Of a stretch of DNA of 64,000 nucleotides, positions 8,872-18,929 are shown in pieces. The notes under the pieces were generated by a model that searched no databases, was not told where the DNA came from, and was given only the letters and a program-made list of their open reading frames with translations. Origin of the DNA: Candidatus Omnitrophota bacterium. GTDB lineage: Bacteria; Omnitrophota; Gorgyraeia; B26-G9. The position numbers were made by a program, and so were the translations under genes. The stretch is from assembly GCA_043805415.1 (NCBI GenBank), contig JAZDHZ010000036.1, positions 4,194 through 68,193 of the forward strand, given 5' to 3'. Numbering within the stretch: the first letter of the stretch is position 1; every line of letters starts with the position of its first letter.

Positions 8872-10380
8872 TTAATTTACAAAAATCGGATTAGTGATCA
8901 GATGCAAACCAGTTGATTTAATCTCGATTCGATAAAAATCCTTTTTATCTTTTGATTTTTCCGCGGTAAACTCAATATCAAACAAATCTTTTTCTGAAAA
9001 AATCTTTATAATTTTTCCATTTTTTATCAAATACACTTGAATCACCTGATTTATTTTATTTTTATCAATAAAATGCCCTTTTATTTTAATTTTAATATCC
9101 GGACTATTCGTAATCAAAGTTTGCCCCATGACTTTAACCTCTTGGCTTTCTGGATCTTCGATTGAAAAATTGTCCAAAATAAATTCCGAGGATTTTTGCC
9201 CTCTGATTGCATATACTCTTCCTTGGTTTAAAGCGTCTAAAACCCCTTTATTGCTAAAATCATCAATTAAAACCATATTCCTTAAATCCTTTAGCGATTC
9301 CTTAAGGTCTTTGCTAAAATCAAAAGCCAGGCCAGCAATTGCCCAAACCGGCTTCTGCCTTTTTCCTTCTAAATATTCTTTAAGCACTTTATCCCAAAGC
9401 CCTCCAGGCTTTCCAATTAGCTCATATCCTTCATAAAAAACACTAAAACCCGCATAATTTCGCGTATTATAGAAATCCTGAACATGCTTTTTGGTAATAA
9501 TATCAACATATTGTGTTTTTGAACAATTTTCCGCTTCAGGATGCGCCCAGAATACCATCCCCCCTTGCTTATTCACATAATCAATAACTTTCTGATAAGG
9601 CAATACTCCTCTGTCCCCATGGTATTGGTCAAAGAGCAAAGTTTTAAACGGATAATTGTTCAAACAAAAAATTAAGCCTAAGCAGCTCAGGATAATCGCG
9701 AATATTTTCTTATTCCGATAAGCCTCAATTTCCAGAGAATTTCTAAAATATTTCTTTTTAGAATTAAAAACCAGCAGAAACCCGGTTAATAAAACCAGGA
9801 TCGGCCAAAAATTTATAATACTTTCAAGCTGATAATTTTCATATAAACTAAACCGATTTCCCACTACCGGCAAATTTGCCAAAGCTGTTTGCGAAAGCCC
9901 GATAATTAATAAATGCTTATGCGCATCATTTAGGGTGAAATTTTTAGCAAAAATACTTCCGCTCCAAAAATAAAACGGTGTGGATTCTACTCCCGGAATT
10001 ACAATTATATCTTTTGCTTTCCGGTTTATCTCCTCAATTAATTTAAAGTAGTTTTTAATACCGAAAACAGCCAGGGAATTATTCTCCACGGTTTTTTTAA
10101 TAATATTACGCAAAGGCCAAAGTCCGTATTCCCAGCGCATTATTTCCCGTTCATTAAGAATCACAATCTCAAATCCCGCTTCCCGGGCAATCGCCACTAT
10201 CTGTTCCGGAGCATACAGTCCGTCACTGATTATAGAGCTGATGTGAATCAAGGCCGGAGCTTGCTGATACTGTTCCTGAGCAAAAATATTCTGCGAAAAA
10301 GCAATAACCACAAACATGCTCACTGCCCCAACTATAGGGCCGATTAATTTGGTTTTTATTTTTTGTTTAGTTTTTTGCAT
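8872..10380 (-). CDS. Membrane-anchored PHP-fold-like protein with degenerate metal ligands
   Basis: Signal/anchor, then IHISSIISDG, IPGVES, KHLLIIG, WAHP and ALNQGRVYA in PHP order; two internal TM helices. Confidence 0.65.
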   Translation of the reverse strand: MQKTKQKIKTKLIGPIVGAVSMFVVIAFSQNIFAQEQYQQAPALIHISSIISDGLYAPEQIVAIAREAGFEIVILNEREIMRWEYGLWPLRNIIKKTVENNSLAVFGIKNYFKLIEEINRKAKDIIVIPGVESTPFYFWSGSIFAKNFTLNDAHKHLLIIGLSQTALANLPVVGNRFSLYENYQLESIINFWPILVLLTGFLLVFNSKKKYFRNSLEIEAYRNKKIFAIILSCLGLIFCLNNYPFKTLLFDQYHGDRGVLPYQKVIDYVNKQGGMVFWAHPEAENCSKTQYVDIITKKHVQDFYNTRNYAGFSVFYEGYELIGKPGGLWDKVLKEYLEGKRQKPVWAIAGLAFDFSKDLKESLKDLRNMVLIDDFSNKGVLDALNQGRVYAIRGQKSSEFILDNFSIEDPESQEVKVMGQTLITNSPDIKIKIKGHFIDKNKINQVIQVYLIKNGKIIKIFSEKDLFDIEFTAEKSKDKKDFYRIEIKSTGLHLITNPIFVN

Positions 10381-10400
10381 AAATAAAATTTGGTTTAGAA

Positions 10401-11564
10401 TTAATCTTTGCGTTCAGTTGTTTCCTGGATTAAATCTTCATAAATTTGCGTAATCCTAGCTATGAATACCTCAACCGAATATTTTGCTAGCACATTTTTT
10501 TTCGCGTATTGACCCATTGCTAAGCGCTGGGCAGGATTTTTAATTAACATTTCAATCGCATCAATCAGCGCTTTTCGATCACTGGGATTAACCAGTATGC
10601 CGCTTTTCCCATGTTCAACTATTTCTGGAACTCCTCCAACTTTTGTGGCAATAACCGGCACTCCCAAACTTTGCGCTTCAATAAGTACAAGCCCAACTGC
10701 TTCATTTAAAGATGCCAGCACCATTAAATCCATTGCATGCATATAGTGCATGGGATTTTCCTGCCACCCGGTAAATGTAAACCGGTTGATTAATTTATTT
10801 TCCTTTACTTTTTGTTCTAATAAACCGCGCAGACTGCCTTCGCCGACTAAAACAAACCGCGTCTGGGAAAAATTTTGGGCAACTTCCATTGCCGCTTGAA
10901 TAAAATATTCCACACCTTTGATCGGTTCCAGCCTGCCGACCATGCCGATAACGATTTCCCCTGGCTTAATCATCAGTTTATCCCTGATAGCTGTTTCAAT
11001 CTGAACTTCAGGCATTTCCATTACAGTATTAACAACTTTTATCTTATCCGGACTGCAGATCCTGAATTTCGCCAGATCAATTTTCTCAATTTCAGTAAGG
11101 GTGATAATCTGTGTGGTCAGTTTAGACAAAAATCGCTCAATTACAACAATCAGATTGCTAAACCAGAGATTAAAATATCCGTAAAAGTTATGTCCATGCG
11201 AAGTATGGATAATTACTTTTACTTTAGCCAAAAATGCTGCCACTCTGCCTAAGGCTCCGGCTTTAGCTGTATGCGTGTGCACAATATCAAATTTATGTTT
11301 TCTAAAAATAAAATACAATTCCCAAAAAGCAAGAAAATCAAAAATTGGATTAATATTGCGGCGCAGACTATTTACTTGTATCCGATTAGCTTTAATCGCA
11401 TCAAAAAAAACCTGAGTTTTCTCCGTTAAAAAAGCGCTTGGTCCGCAAATAAACCTTAAGTCAAATCTGTCTTTATCCAGGTATTGGCTTAATATCCGCA
11501 CTATATCCGGCGAACCTCCCCAATCCATGCGCGTAATAACCTGAGCGATTTTTATTTTTTTCAT
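10401..11564 (-). CDS. GT4 family (GT-B) glycosyltransferase
   Basis: DIVHTHTAKAG, GMVGRLEPIKG, EAVGLVLIEA, VGGVPEIV. Confidence 0.93.
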   Translation of the reverse strand: MKKIKIAQVITRMDWGGSPDIVRILSQYLDKDRFDLRFICGPSAFLTEKTQVFFDAIKANRIQVNSLRRNINPIFDFLAFWELYFIFRKHKFDIVHTHTAKAGALGRVAAFLAKVKVIIHTSHGHNFYGYFNLWFSNLIVVIERFLSKLTTQIITLTEIEKIDLAKFRICSPDKIKVVNTVMEMPEVQIETAIRDKLMIKPGEIVIGMVGRLEPIKGVEYFIQAAMEVAQNFSQTRFVLVGEGSLRGLLEQKVKENKLINRFTFTGWQENPMHYMHAMDLMVLASLNEAVGLVLIEAQSLGVPVIATKVGGVPEIVEHGKSGILVNPSDRKALIDAIEMLIKNPAQRLAMGQYAKKNVLAKYSVEVFIARITQIYEDLIQETTERKD

Positions 11565-11567
11565 ATT

Positions 11568-12725
11568 TTAATACCTATATAATTCCGTACACCGAATACA
11601 TGTGGCAAACAGCTGATTTGCCTTTAACATTTGGCGATATTGCACTGCTTTTTCACTGTTCCAAATATTTTTAAACTGATCCTCTCTAATATTTCCAAAA
11701 GCATATGTTGAATTAAGGCAAGGCCTTATTCCTCCATCCGGAAAAACATAAGCACATACCCAGGGACTTAAACAACGTTTAGGATATTCCTTGGGCAAAT
11801 AAGAAGGATTGTTATAATACTCTTTCAATCCCTGCTTACTAAGATTAGGATAAAAATCAACGCTAAAAGCATGTTTTTGGTTTAAAATTAACTGCATCTT
11901 AGCATAAAGCCTGTCCGGATCTATTTCCGGAGCAAAAACAAATCCCTGCCAATTATCTGAAGAACATTGTAATTGCTGATCATAAACTTTTTGCTTTTCT
12001 ATCAGATCTTGATTTAAAAAAATCAAATTATGATAAGTCAAGGAATCAGCGCCGATTTCCGCAGCCACATCAATCATTTTCTCTAACTGGAGATAATTAT
12101 ATTTGGTAATTGTGCATTGCAGGTTGATTAAAGGAAATTTAAGCCCTTTGGCTTTTTTATAACTCTGAATTTCTTTTAAGCCATCAGTAATTTTTTCAAA
12201 TAAACCCGGCATGCCGCGAATTTGATCATGCAAATCCTTGGGCCCGTCCAGAGACACATTAAGCTCATCTAAACCTGCCTGAACAATCTCAATTGCCTTA
12301 TCTTTAATCATTGCAGCATTGGTAATCATTAACACATGCATTTTTTTGGTTTTAATATATCTAATCAACTCTATACATTTAGGATAAAGCAGCGGTTCTC
12401 CGCCAAACAAAGTTATACTAGGCTTAAAATAACTTATTTGATCAATAAGATCCTGCAGCATATTAAAATCAAGTTCTTCCTTTACCTCGCCCGCAGATTT
12501 ATTTTTTGTAACTCCGCTTTCCCCCCATTGGCCGCACATCTTACAGCGCAAATTACATTTTTGGGTTAAAAACAAGGTTATTGACTCAGGATTAGGGCTT
12601 TTCCCTTTTCTCAGATAATAGGCTTTTAAAGCCTGGATTCGCTTATAGGCAATAGTTAAAGCATAAACAGGCTGTTTGCAAAATTTCGCCAGAAACCTGC
12701 GCAGATTTTTTAAAGGCAACAACAT
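11568..12725 (-). CDS. Radical SAM protein with C-terminal SPASM/twitch-like domain
   Basis: CNLRCKMC, GGEPLL, C-terminal CLSPW..DGGIRPC..IWNS..CIRC. Confidence 0.92.
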   Translation of the reverse strand: MLLPLKNLRRFLAKFCKQPVYALTIAYKRIQALKAYYLRKGKSPNPESITLFLTQKCNLRCKMCGQWGESGVTKNKSAGEVKEELDFNMLQDLIDQISYFKPSITLFGGEPLLYPKCIELIRYIKTKKMHVLMITNAAMIKDKAIEIVQAGLDELNVSLDGPKDLHDQIRGMPGLFEKITDGLKEIQSYKKAKGLKFPLINLQCTITKYNYLQLEKMIDVAAEIGADSLTYHNLIFLNQDLIEKQKVYDQQLQCSSDNWQGFVFAPEIDPDRLYAKMQLILNQKHAFSVDFYPNLSKQGLKEYYNNPSYLPKEYPKRCLSPWVCAYVFPDGGIRPCLNSTYAFGNIREDQFKNIWNSEKAVQYRQMLKANQLFATCIRCTELYRY

Positions 12726-12754
12726 ATCATCTCCTGATTAGATCCAGTTATTTA

Positions 12755-13729
12755 TTAATTTTCCCGCCAATAAATAATTTTTATTGGATCAACTGAGCGA
12801 TCAGCAATCGCAATAATCTGTTTAAAATTTTTCGCTTCATTTACCTTTGCCCAAACAATTATCCTGAATATATCTGAGCGGACAGTAGCCCAGCGCATAA
12901 TAAACTGATTGGTCAGCTTACTAATTGAGGATATGTCCGCGAAATCCTTTTCAGTTTGAAAAGCCTGGGTTTTGCGCTTATTTATAATTGCCTGAGCCCC
13001 TTGCTCCGTCATTCCCGGCAGACTTAAAATAATTTTTTCTGAGACTGTATTTAAATTTATCTTTCCGTCACTATTCACAGTAAAAAAATCTTTTATCCCC
13101 AGCTCTAAAATACCATTTCCATTATCATTCGGCAAGCTATTCGCCTGATCATCTTCCCATTTATCTAAAATGCAATTATCATTGGTATCTTCTCCCCAAA
13201 AAATGTTTTTCTCCATTGATTTTAGGTTTAAAAGCTCATAAACACTTCTTATTATTTGCTTTTCCCCCAAACCGCTTCGATAATCAACAATCGCTTGGAC
13301 CATTTTCGTATTATCTTTTTTTGAGAGTTGATTAATCAGATTGGCGATTATTTCAGATGATATAGTGTTAATATTCAATCTACCATACTCATCAACTATA
13401 TTAATGCTGTATTCTCCGATATCCTGATTCTCACTGTTCTTAAATCTAGAAATTTTTATCCTGTCAAAGTCATGGAATTTTCCATACCATCCATCCTGCA
13501 AACAATCATAATCATTATCTTCTTTATCTGCTTTGAGTTCTGCCAAGGCAAGCAAAACCGCAGACTCCGCGATATTTAAAGACTTTTGATTCTGAACATA
13601 CCTGCTAATAAGTTTTGTATTAATCCGCATTGCGTGTGAAATACTCAAAGCAATACTTGATAAAAAAAAGACAATAAATAATGTAATAATTAAGACCGAT
13701 GCTTGTTTTTCTCTTAAATCTTTTATCAT
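12755..13729 (-). CDS. gspK: T2SS minor pseudopilin GspK-like
   Basis: Hydrophobic N-terminus without E5, IVDEYGRLNIN, GKINLNT, HhH-like SLPGMTEQGAQAII, and an acidic insert GEDTNDN..DNGNG. Confidence 0.85.
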   Translation of the reverse strand: MIKDLREKQASVLIITLFIVFFLSSIALSISHAMRINTKLISRYVQNQKSLNIAESAVLLALAELKADKEDNDYDCLQDGWYGKFHDFDRIKISRFKNSENQDIGEYSINIVDEYGRLNINTISSEIIANLINQLSKKDNTKMVQAIVDYRSGLGEKQIIRSVYELLNLKSMEKNIFWGEDTNDNCILDKWEDDQANSLPNDNGNGILELGIKDFFTVNSDGKINLNTVSEKIILSLPGMTEQGAQAIINKRKTQAFQTEKDFADISSISKLTNQFIMRWATVRSDIFRIIVWAKVNEAKNFKQIIAIADRSVDPIKIIYWREN

Positions 13730-14337
13730 AGACTATTGATTTGCCCTTTATCCGCGCAATGAATCACGGCTACTGTTTCATAAGCATCTTTATAAACGCC
13801 TTGCTGAAAATCAGCTCTGATCTTTACTGCCTGCGGTAATTTTATAGTTGAATCCCATGCTTTTTGCCATTTTTCTCCATCATAAAAAGCAAAAGAAATC
13901 GAACGCATTATATTGGACAGATTTTTTTGTTTAAAATTTTCTTTATTTTTGCCAAGAACATCATAAACTTCATAACTTAAGGCTCTTTGCCCGGTATTTT
14001 GAGCAGTACGCATCATATATGAAACTTTCCGCAAATCAGTCGAATCCGCAACATAGATATCATCATCTATTATCGCGGTTGTTGTAAAGCTAAGTGACGA
14101 CAAGCTTCCCTGAAAACCAAAAGCCGGATCCTGGTCAGGAAAAAGATAAGCACCGCGCAGCTGCCGGGTTAAAGCGATAAGCACTTGGGCGGCATTGTTG
14201 TCATTTTTAGTTTGAACTCTTTTCCAAGTACGCATCGCTAAGGAAAAACTACTATATACGGACATGAGCACAATCCCCATTATTGCTGTTGCTAAAAGCA
14301 ACTCAACTAGACTAAAAGCCTTATTTTTTTTAAGCAA
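13726..14337 (-). CDS. gspJ: T2SS minor pseudopilin GspJ-like
   Basis: Prepilin site KA|FSLVELL; C-terminal FYDGEKWQKAWD..LPQAVKI. Confidence 0.85.
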   Translation of the reverse strand: MLKKNKAFSLVELLLATAIMGIVLMSVYSSFSLAMRTWKRVQTKNDNNAAQVLIALTRQLRGAYLFPDQDPAFGFQGSLSSLSFTTTAIIDDDIYVADSTDLRKVSYMMRTAQNTGQRALSYEVYDVLGKNKENFKQKNLSNIMRSISFAFYDGEKWQKAWDSTIKLPQAVKIRADFQQGVYKDAYETVAVIHCADKGQINSL

Positions 14338-14338
14338 A

Positions 14339-14716
14339 TTATTTCTCCATCAGAGTTGAGACCTGAAGATTTTTCGATTTACCTTGCTGTTGCCACTCAA
14401 TAATCAGATCAACTTTAGCCAAATTGCTAAAATTAGTTCTATCTGTTTTAATCTGCCATTTAAATTGTTCGAATGGTTCTAAAAACTGCCCTTGATTCTC
14501 TACTGTTCTTAGATTACTAAAACTTAAATCAAAAAGCTTTTTTTGGGAAAGAAACATTGCCTTAGTGTAGTTTGATACAGCTGCTTTAGCTGTAATTGCT
14601 TGAGAAAAAGAATAAATAATAACCATTAAAGAAATACTGATAATCGCAAGTGATAACATTACTTCTAAGAGCGTAAATCCTTTTTGATTCTTATTATGCA
14701 TATCAGCGTTTTTCAT
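14339..14716 (-). CDS. gspI: T2SS minor pseudopilin GspI-like
   Basis: KG|FTLLEV, 125 aa, located between gspF and gspJ. Confidence 0.75.
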   Translation of the reverse strand: MKNADMHNKNQKGFTLLEVMLSLAIISISLMVIIYSFSQAITAKAAVSNYTKAMFLSQKKLFDLSFSNLRTVENQGQFLEPFEQFKWQIKTDRTNFSNLAKVDLIIEWQQQGKSKNLQVSTLMEK

Positions 14717-15922
14717 TTAAAATGTCTGCAGGTTGAATTGAAAAATTGGAAGAAGTACGGCAGCAACCAATGCGCCAACTATAGCAGCAATAAATAATAT
14801 TATCGCTGGTTCTAAAATATTCAGCATTCGCCTTAGATCTTCTTTTATCTGCTTATCAAATGAATCGGCGACTTTTCGCAATGTTTTTTCCAAACGTCCG
14901 GTTTGTTCTCCGATCGCGATCATATCTACCATAACTAAAGGAAAAACATCTTCTTGCTTCATGCTCGCGGAAAAAGAGCCGCCGCTTTTTATCCGGATGA
15001 TAATCGCATCAACGGCATCTCTCAACATTTTATTTGGTAAAACATCCCGGCTGATATCTAAACAATCAAGGATTGACATTCCATTGGCTGATAAAAGACT
15101 GACAATATAGCAAAACCGGGAAAAAGCGATTTTTTTAAGTATGTCTCCAACCAAAGGCGCTTTATATAAACATCGATCAAAGAATAATTGATTTTTTCTT
15201 TGCGCGTATGATTTTCTTAAAGTGAAAAATAGTACAACCATTATAATAATAAGAACAAACCAGTAATCAGCTAAAAACAGACTAGCGCTAATTAAAAGTT
15301 TCGTAATTAGCGGCAAGGACATATCGCCTTCTTGGAACATAAAAACCATTTTAGGAATGATAAACGTCATTAAAAAAATTACTGTAGCTACCCCGACAAG
15401 CAGAATAATCGCTGGATAAATAAGCATCGAAATTACAGCATCCTTGACTTCTTTTTTTTTCTCAATAAAATCAGCAAGATTACTAAATACACTTTCAATA
15501 TCCCCGCCCATCTCAGCAGCCTTAACCATTCCGACATAAGCCCGAGAGAAAATATCAGGATATTTACTAAGCGCTTCCCAAAGATATCCGCCATCAGCAA
15601 TCTTATTGTATAACTTAGAACATATATTCTTAATTTTTGGATTATTAGTTTGATTAGTTAAAAGATTTAATGCTTGCGCTAGCGGCAGTCCTGAATCTAA
15701 AAGGTGGGAAAGCTGTCTGGTGAAAAACACTCTCTCATTATCATTAAAAACTAGCTTCTTCTTTTTAATCCTTATGTTCTGTTCTGATACTTCTTCTATC
15801 TTTATCGGAAAAAGTCCTGATTGGCGCAATTTAGCCAAAACCTGATTACGATTAGCTGCTTGTTCTATACCGCTAACACTATTACCGGCTTTATCCCGAG
15901 CTTCATATTTGAATTTTTCCAT
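14717..15922 (-). CDS. gspF: T2SS/T4P inner-membrane platform protein
   Basis: FTRQLSHLLDSGLPL, IYPAI, IGEQTGRLE, LEPAII, LPIF. Confidence 0.93.
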   Translation of the reverse strand: MEKFKYEARDKAGNSVSGIEQAANRNQVLAKLRQSGLFPIKIEEVSEQNIRIKKKKLVFNDNERVFFTRQLSHLLDSGLPLAQALNLLTNQTNNPKIKNICSKLYNKIADGGYLWEALSKYPDIFSRAYVGMVKAAEMGGDIESVFSNLADFIEKKKEVKDAVISMLIYPAIILLVGVATVIFLMTFIIPKMVFMFQEGDMSLPLITKLLISASLFLADYWFVLIIIMVVLFFTLRKSYAQRKNQLFFDRCLYKAPLVGDILKKIAFSRFCYIVSLLSANGMSILDCLDISRDVLPNKMLRDAVDAIIIRIKSGGSFSASMKQEDVFPLVMVDMIAIGEQTGRLEKTLRKVADSFDKQIKEDLRRMLNILEPAIILFIAAIVGALVAAVLLPIFQFNLQTF

Positions 15923-15948
15923 TAATTTTCATCTCGATTATTATAATT

Positions 15949-17673
15949 CTATTCCTGCTCGGTTACCCTTAAGACCTCTTCTATTGTTGTAATTCCTTGC
16001 TTAACTTTTTCCATACCATCTGCTTTTAAGCTGATCATATTATTCTTAATTGCCTGTTCTTTTAATTGCTGCGCCGAGCCCCCGGCAACAATACAAGCCC
16101 CTAATGTCTCATCCACAATCAAAAGCTCATAAATCCCTAATCTACCGCGAAAACCCGTATCATTACATTCCGCGCATCCGGCTCCTTTATAAAAAATTTC
16201 CGGATAATCACGATTCTGACTAAAACCAACTGCATTAAGAGTGCTTTGATCGGGAATGTATTTTACTTTGCAATGCGTACATATTTTACGTACAAGCCTT
16301 TGGGCAATAACTGCCCTGACTGTTCCGCTAACCAGATATGGCTCAATTCCCAAGTCAAGCAAACGAATTATTGATGATAGCGCGTCATTAGTATGCAACG
16401 TGCTGAACATAAGATGCCCGGTTAAAGCTGCCCGGATAGATATTTGCGCTGTTTCAATATCCCTGATTTCTCCGACCATGATAATGTCCGGGTCCTGGCG
16501 TAAAATTGAGCGCAATCCTGTGGCAAAAGTCAAATCTACCTGCGGATTAATCTGGATTTGATTAATCCCCTGCAGCTGATATTCAATCGGATCTTCTAAA
16601 GTAATAATATTAATTTTCGTATCATTAATATAACTTAAACATGAATAAAGCGTTGTTGTCTTGCCGCAACCCGTTGGCCCGGTAACCAGGATGATTCCAT
16701 TTGTTTTCTTTAAAATATTTTTAAGCTTTTCCATACTTTCCTTAGGAAATCCCAGCTGATCAATTCCAAAATCCAGCATTTTTTTACTTAAAAGTCTAAT
16801 GCTGAGTCCTTCTCCAAATAAAGTCGGAAAAGTCGATAATCGCAGATCAACATCTTCATCAGCAAGCTTTATTTTACACCTGCCGTCCTGAGGCCGCCGG
16901 CGCTCCGCGATATTAATCCCTGCCATTATTTTTAATCGGGAAATAATAAAAACCTGTAACTGTTTTATATCCGGAGATGTTTTAGCTTCTTGCAAAACAC
17001 CATCTATCCGATAGCGAATTCGCAGTTTATCATCAAAAGGCTCAATATGTATATCAGTAGCATTTTTTTGATAAGCTTCCAGCAATATTTGATTTACGTA
17101 GTTTATAATCGAAGCGTTTTCCGCCATTTTTTCCGGAGCATCAGCAACTTGCTTTAATTGGGACAATTCAGCTTGAATACTTTCTTTTGAAGCCTTAACT
17201 AATGTTTCTACTGTCTCGGCCCCAACCCCATAATGCGTTTTAATCGCAGAGGCGATTCCTTCAGTCTTGGCTAATATCGGGGTGATCTTATAATTGGTTA
17301 GCACTTTCAACTCATCAATAACATGAATGCCGAATGGATTTCTCATTGCTACTACAAGACTAAGCCCTTGTTTTTTAATCGCAATGACTTTGTTACGATT
17401 AGCAAATTTTGCGGGTATCAGAGATATTGCTTGCGGATCAATTTCTATTTGAGTCAGGTCAATAATCGGAATATTTAAATGCTTACTATAAGCGCTAAGC
17501 AAATCATTTTCACTCAGCAGACCATTTTGGATAATAAAAGTTTCCAGTTCTTCTTGTGTTTCCGGGAAATTTGATCCGAATTTTTGCTGAAAATCATGTA
17601 CTTGCTCTTGGTTTAAAACAGCTTTTTCAATTAAAATATTAGCAATAAACTGAAAACGGGCATTAATACTCAT
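15949..17673 (-). CDS. gspE: GspE/PilB secretion/assembly ATPase
   Basis: ATDIHIEP, RRPQDGR, TGPTGCGKTT, LEDPIEY, RQDPD, TGH, tetracysteine CTHC/CAEC. Confidence 0.95.
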   Translation of the reverse strand: MSINARFQFIANILIEKAVLNQEQVHDFQQKFGSNFPETQEELETFIIQNGLLSENDLLSAYSKHLNIPIIDLTQIEIDPQAISLIPAKFANRNKVIAIKKQGLSLVVAMRNPFGIHVIDELKVLTNYKITPILAKTEGIASAIKTHYGVGAETVETLVKASKESIQAELSQLKQVADAPEKMAENASIINYVNQILLEAYQKNATDIHIEPFDDKLRIRYRIDGVLQEAKTSPDIKQLQVFIISRLKIMAGINIAERRRPQDGRCKIKLADEDVDLRLSTFPTLFGEGLSIRLLSKKMLDFGIDQLGFPKESMEKLKNILKKTNGIILVTGPTGCGKTTTLYSCLSYINDTKINIITLEDPIEYQLQGINQIQINPQVDLTFATGLRSILRQDPDIIMVGEIRDIETAQISIRAALTGHLMFSTLHTNDALSSIIRLLDLGIEPYLVSGTVRAVIAQRLVRKICTHCKVKYIPDQSTLNAVGFSQNRDYPEIFYKGAGCAECNDTGFRGRLGIYELLIVDETLGACIVAGGSAQQLKEQAIKNNMISLKADGMEKVKQGITTIEEVLRVTEQE

Positions 17674-17729
17674 CCTTTGAAAATCCCCCTAAAAACATCC
17701 TTTTTCTTATAATCAAATTTACATATTGT

Positions 17730-17758
17730 ATTATAACAAAATAACTTCAGTCGGTCAA
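17730..17758 (-). promoter_or_regulatory. Sigma70 promoter of the gspE operon
   Basis: TTGACC-17 nt-TATAAT with extended TG. Confidence 0.7.
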
Positions 17759-17897
17759 TGTGATAAAAAAGGACACAATGTCACCAAGACACAAAGTCAC
17801 CAGGTAAAAGCGTTGGGTCAATGGCTGATAGTAAAAGCTAATAATGCATAACTAGTAACTATCAAGATGATAGGCAAATTTTACGCTGACACAAATT

Positions 17898-17919
17898 TTA
17901 TTGATGTAAACATCAATAA
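17898..17919. repeat. Perfect inverted repeat (operator or hairpin)
   Basis: TTATTGATGT-AA-ACATCAATAA. Confidence 0.7.
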
Positions 17920-18071
17920 CGGTAAATCCGCTTTGTATTCTTGGCACTTGCGGAACTCTCCCGCCTAAAAGCGGCGGGAGCAGACAGGTCCTCTCGTACC
18001 CTAAAGGCTCCCAAACGAGACTCACAGCGAACAAATTCAAAAGTCGTAACTGAAAAATTTGTCGAATCATC

Positions 18072-18929
18072 TTAGTTATTATTGATTATTTTGGGGAATG
18101 TTGCTGCTGCAACTGAAATCACATAAAAGCCCACAGACAATAAAACGATTGTCGCACCGGAGGCAGTGCCCCAATAATAGGATACCACCAACCCGATAAC
18201 TCCTGAAACAAGACTAAAAACAACTGACCAGAATGTGTAATCGCGGGTATTGCGGCTGAAATTACGGCTGGCCGCGGCTGGTAAAATCAGCAAGGAATTA
18301 ATAATCAGCACTCCCACTAAACGAATTGAAAGCATCACTACTATAGCCAGCAATATCGTAAAGCTTGTTTCCAGCCAAAACACTTTTATCCGCCGGCTGC
18401 GGGCTAAGGAGCTGTTCACGCTGGTAAGAATCAAAGCATTTCCCGCGAAAAACCAATAAACCAGCACAATAAAAAACATGCTTACCAGAAACCTGATCTC
18501 CGCGGGGCTGACCGCGAGAATATCTCCGATAAGATAGGTTGTGTATTTTACAAATCCTCCCTGACGGCTTAAGATCGTTATTCCCAAAGCTACCATAAAC
18601 GCGAGTAACACTCCGAGAATTGTATCAGTGGAAGCGCGGGTCAGTCCTTTGAGGATATTAACAAAAACCGCCAAAAATACAGCCAGAATAATCATCGGCA
18701 AAGTCGGGTCATGAAACCCGCATAAAACTCCGATAGCCAGCCCGGCAAGCGCCGAATGGCCAAGCACATCGGTAAAAAAAGCCAGCCGATTGCTGACAAC
18801 CATGGTGCCGAGCAAAGCATAAACCGGAGTAATTACCAGTACAGCCAAAAGCGCGTTTTTCATAAAAATATAACGCGCCCAATCAAAAGGCAGAAACATA
18901 TCAACTAACTTATACCAGATCTCGATCAT
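18072..18929 (-). CDS. znuB: Zn/Mn ABC transporter permease
   Basis: AFFTDVLGHSALAG, YLIGDIL, VGVLIINSLLILPAAAS, ASGATIV. Confidence 0.9.
   Translation of the reverse strand: MIEIWYKLVDMFLPFDWARYIFMKNALLAVLVITPVYALLGTMVVSNRLAFFTDVLGHSALAGLAIGVLCGFHDPTLPMIILAVFLAVFVNILKGLTRASTDTILGVLLAFMVALGITILSRQGGFVKYTTYLIGDILAVSPAEIRFLVSMFFIVLVYWFFAGNALILTSVNSSLARSRRIKVFWLETSFTILLAIVVMLSIRLVGVLIINSLLILPAAASRNFSRNTRDYTFWSVVFSLVSGVIGLVVSYYWGTASGATIVLLSVGFYVISVAAATFPKIINNN

Noticed and set aside
17852-18070. 72-aa ORF after znuB
   Set aside because: Crosses several hairpins and an inverted repeat; no family features.
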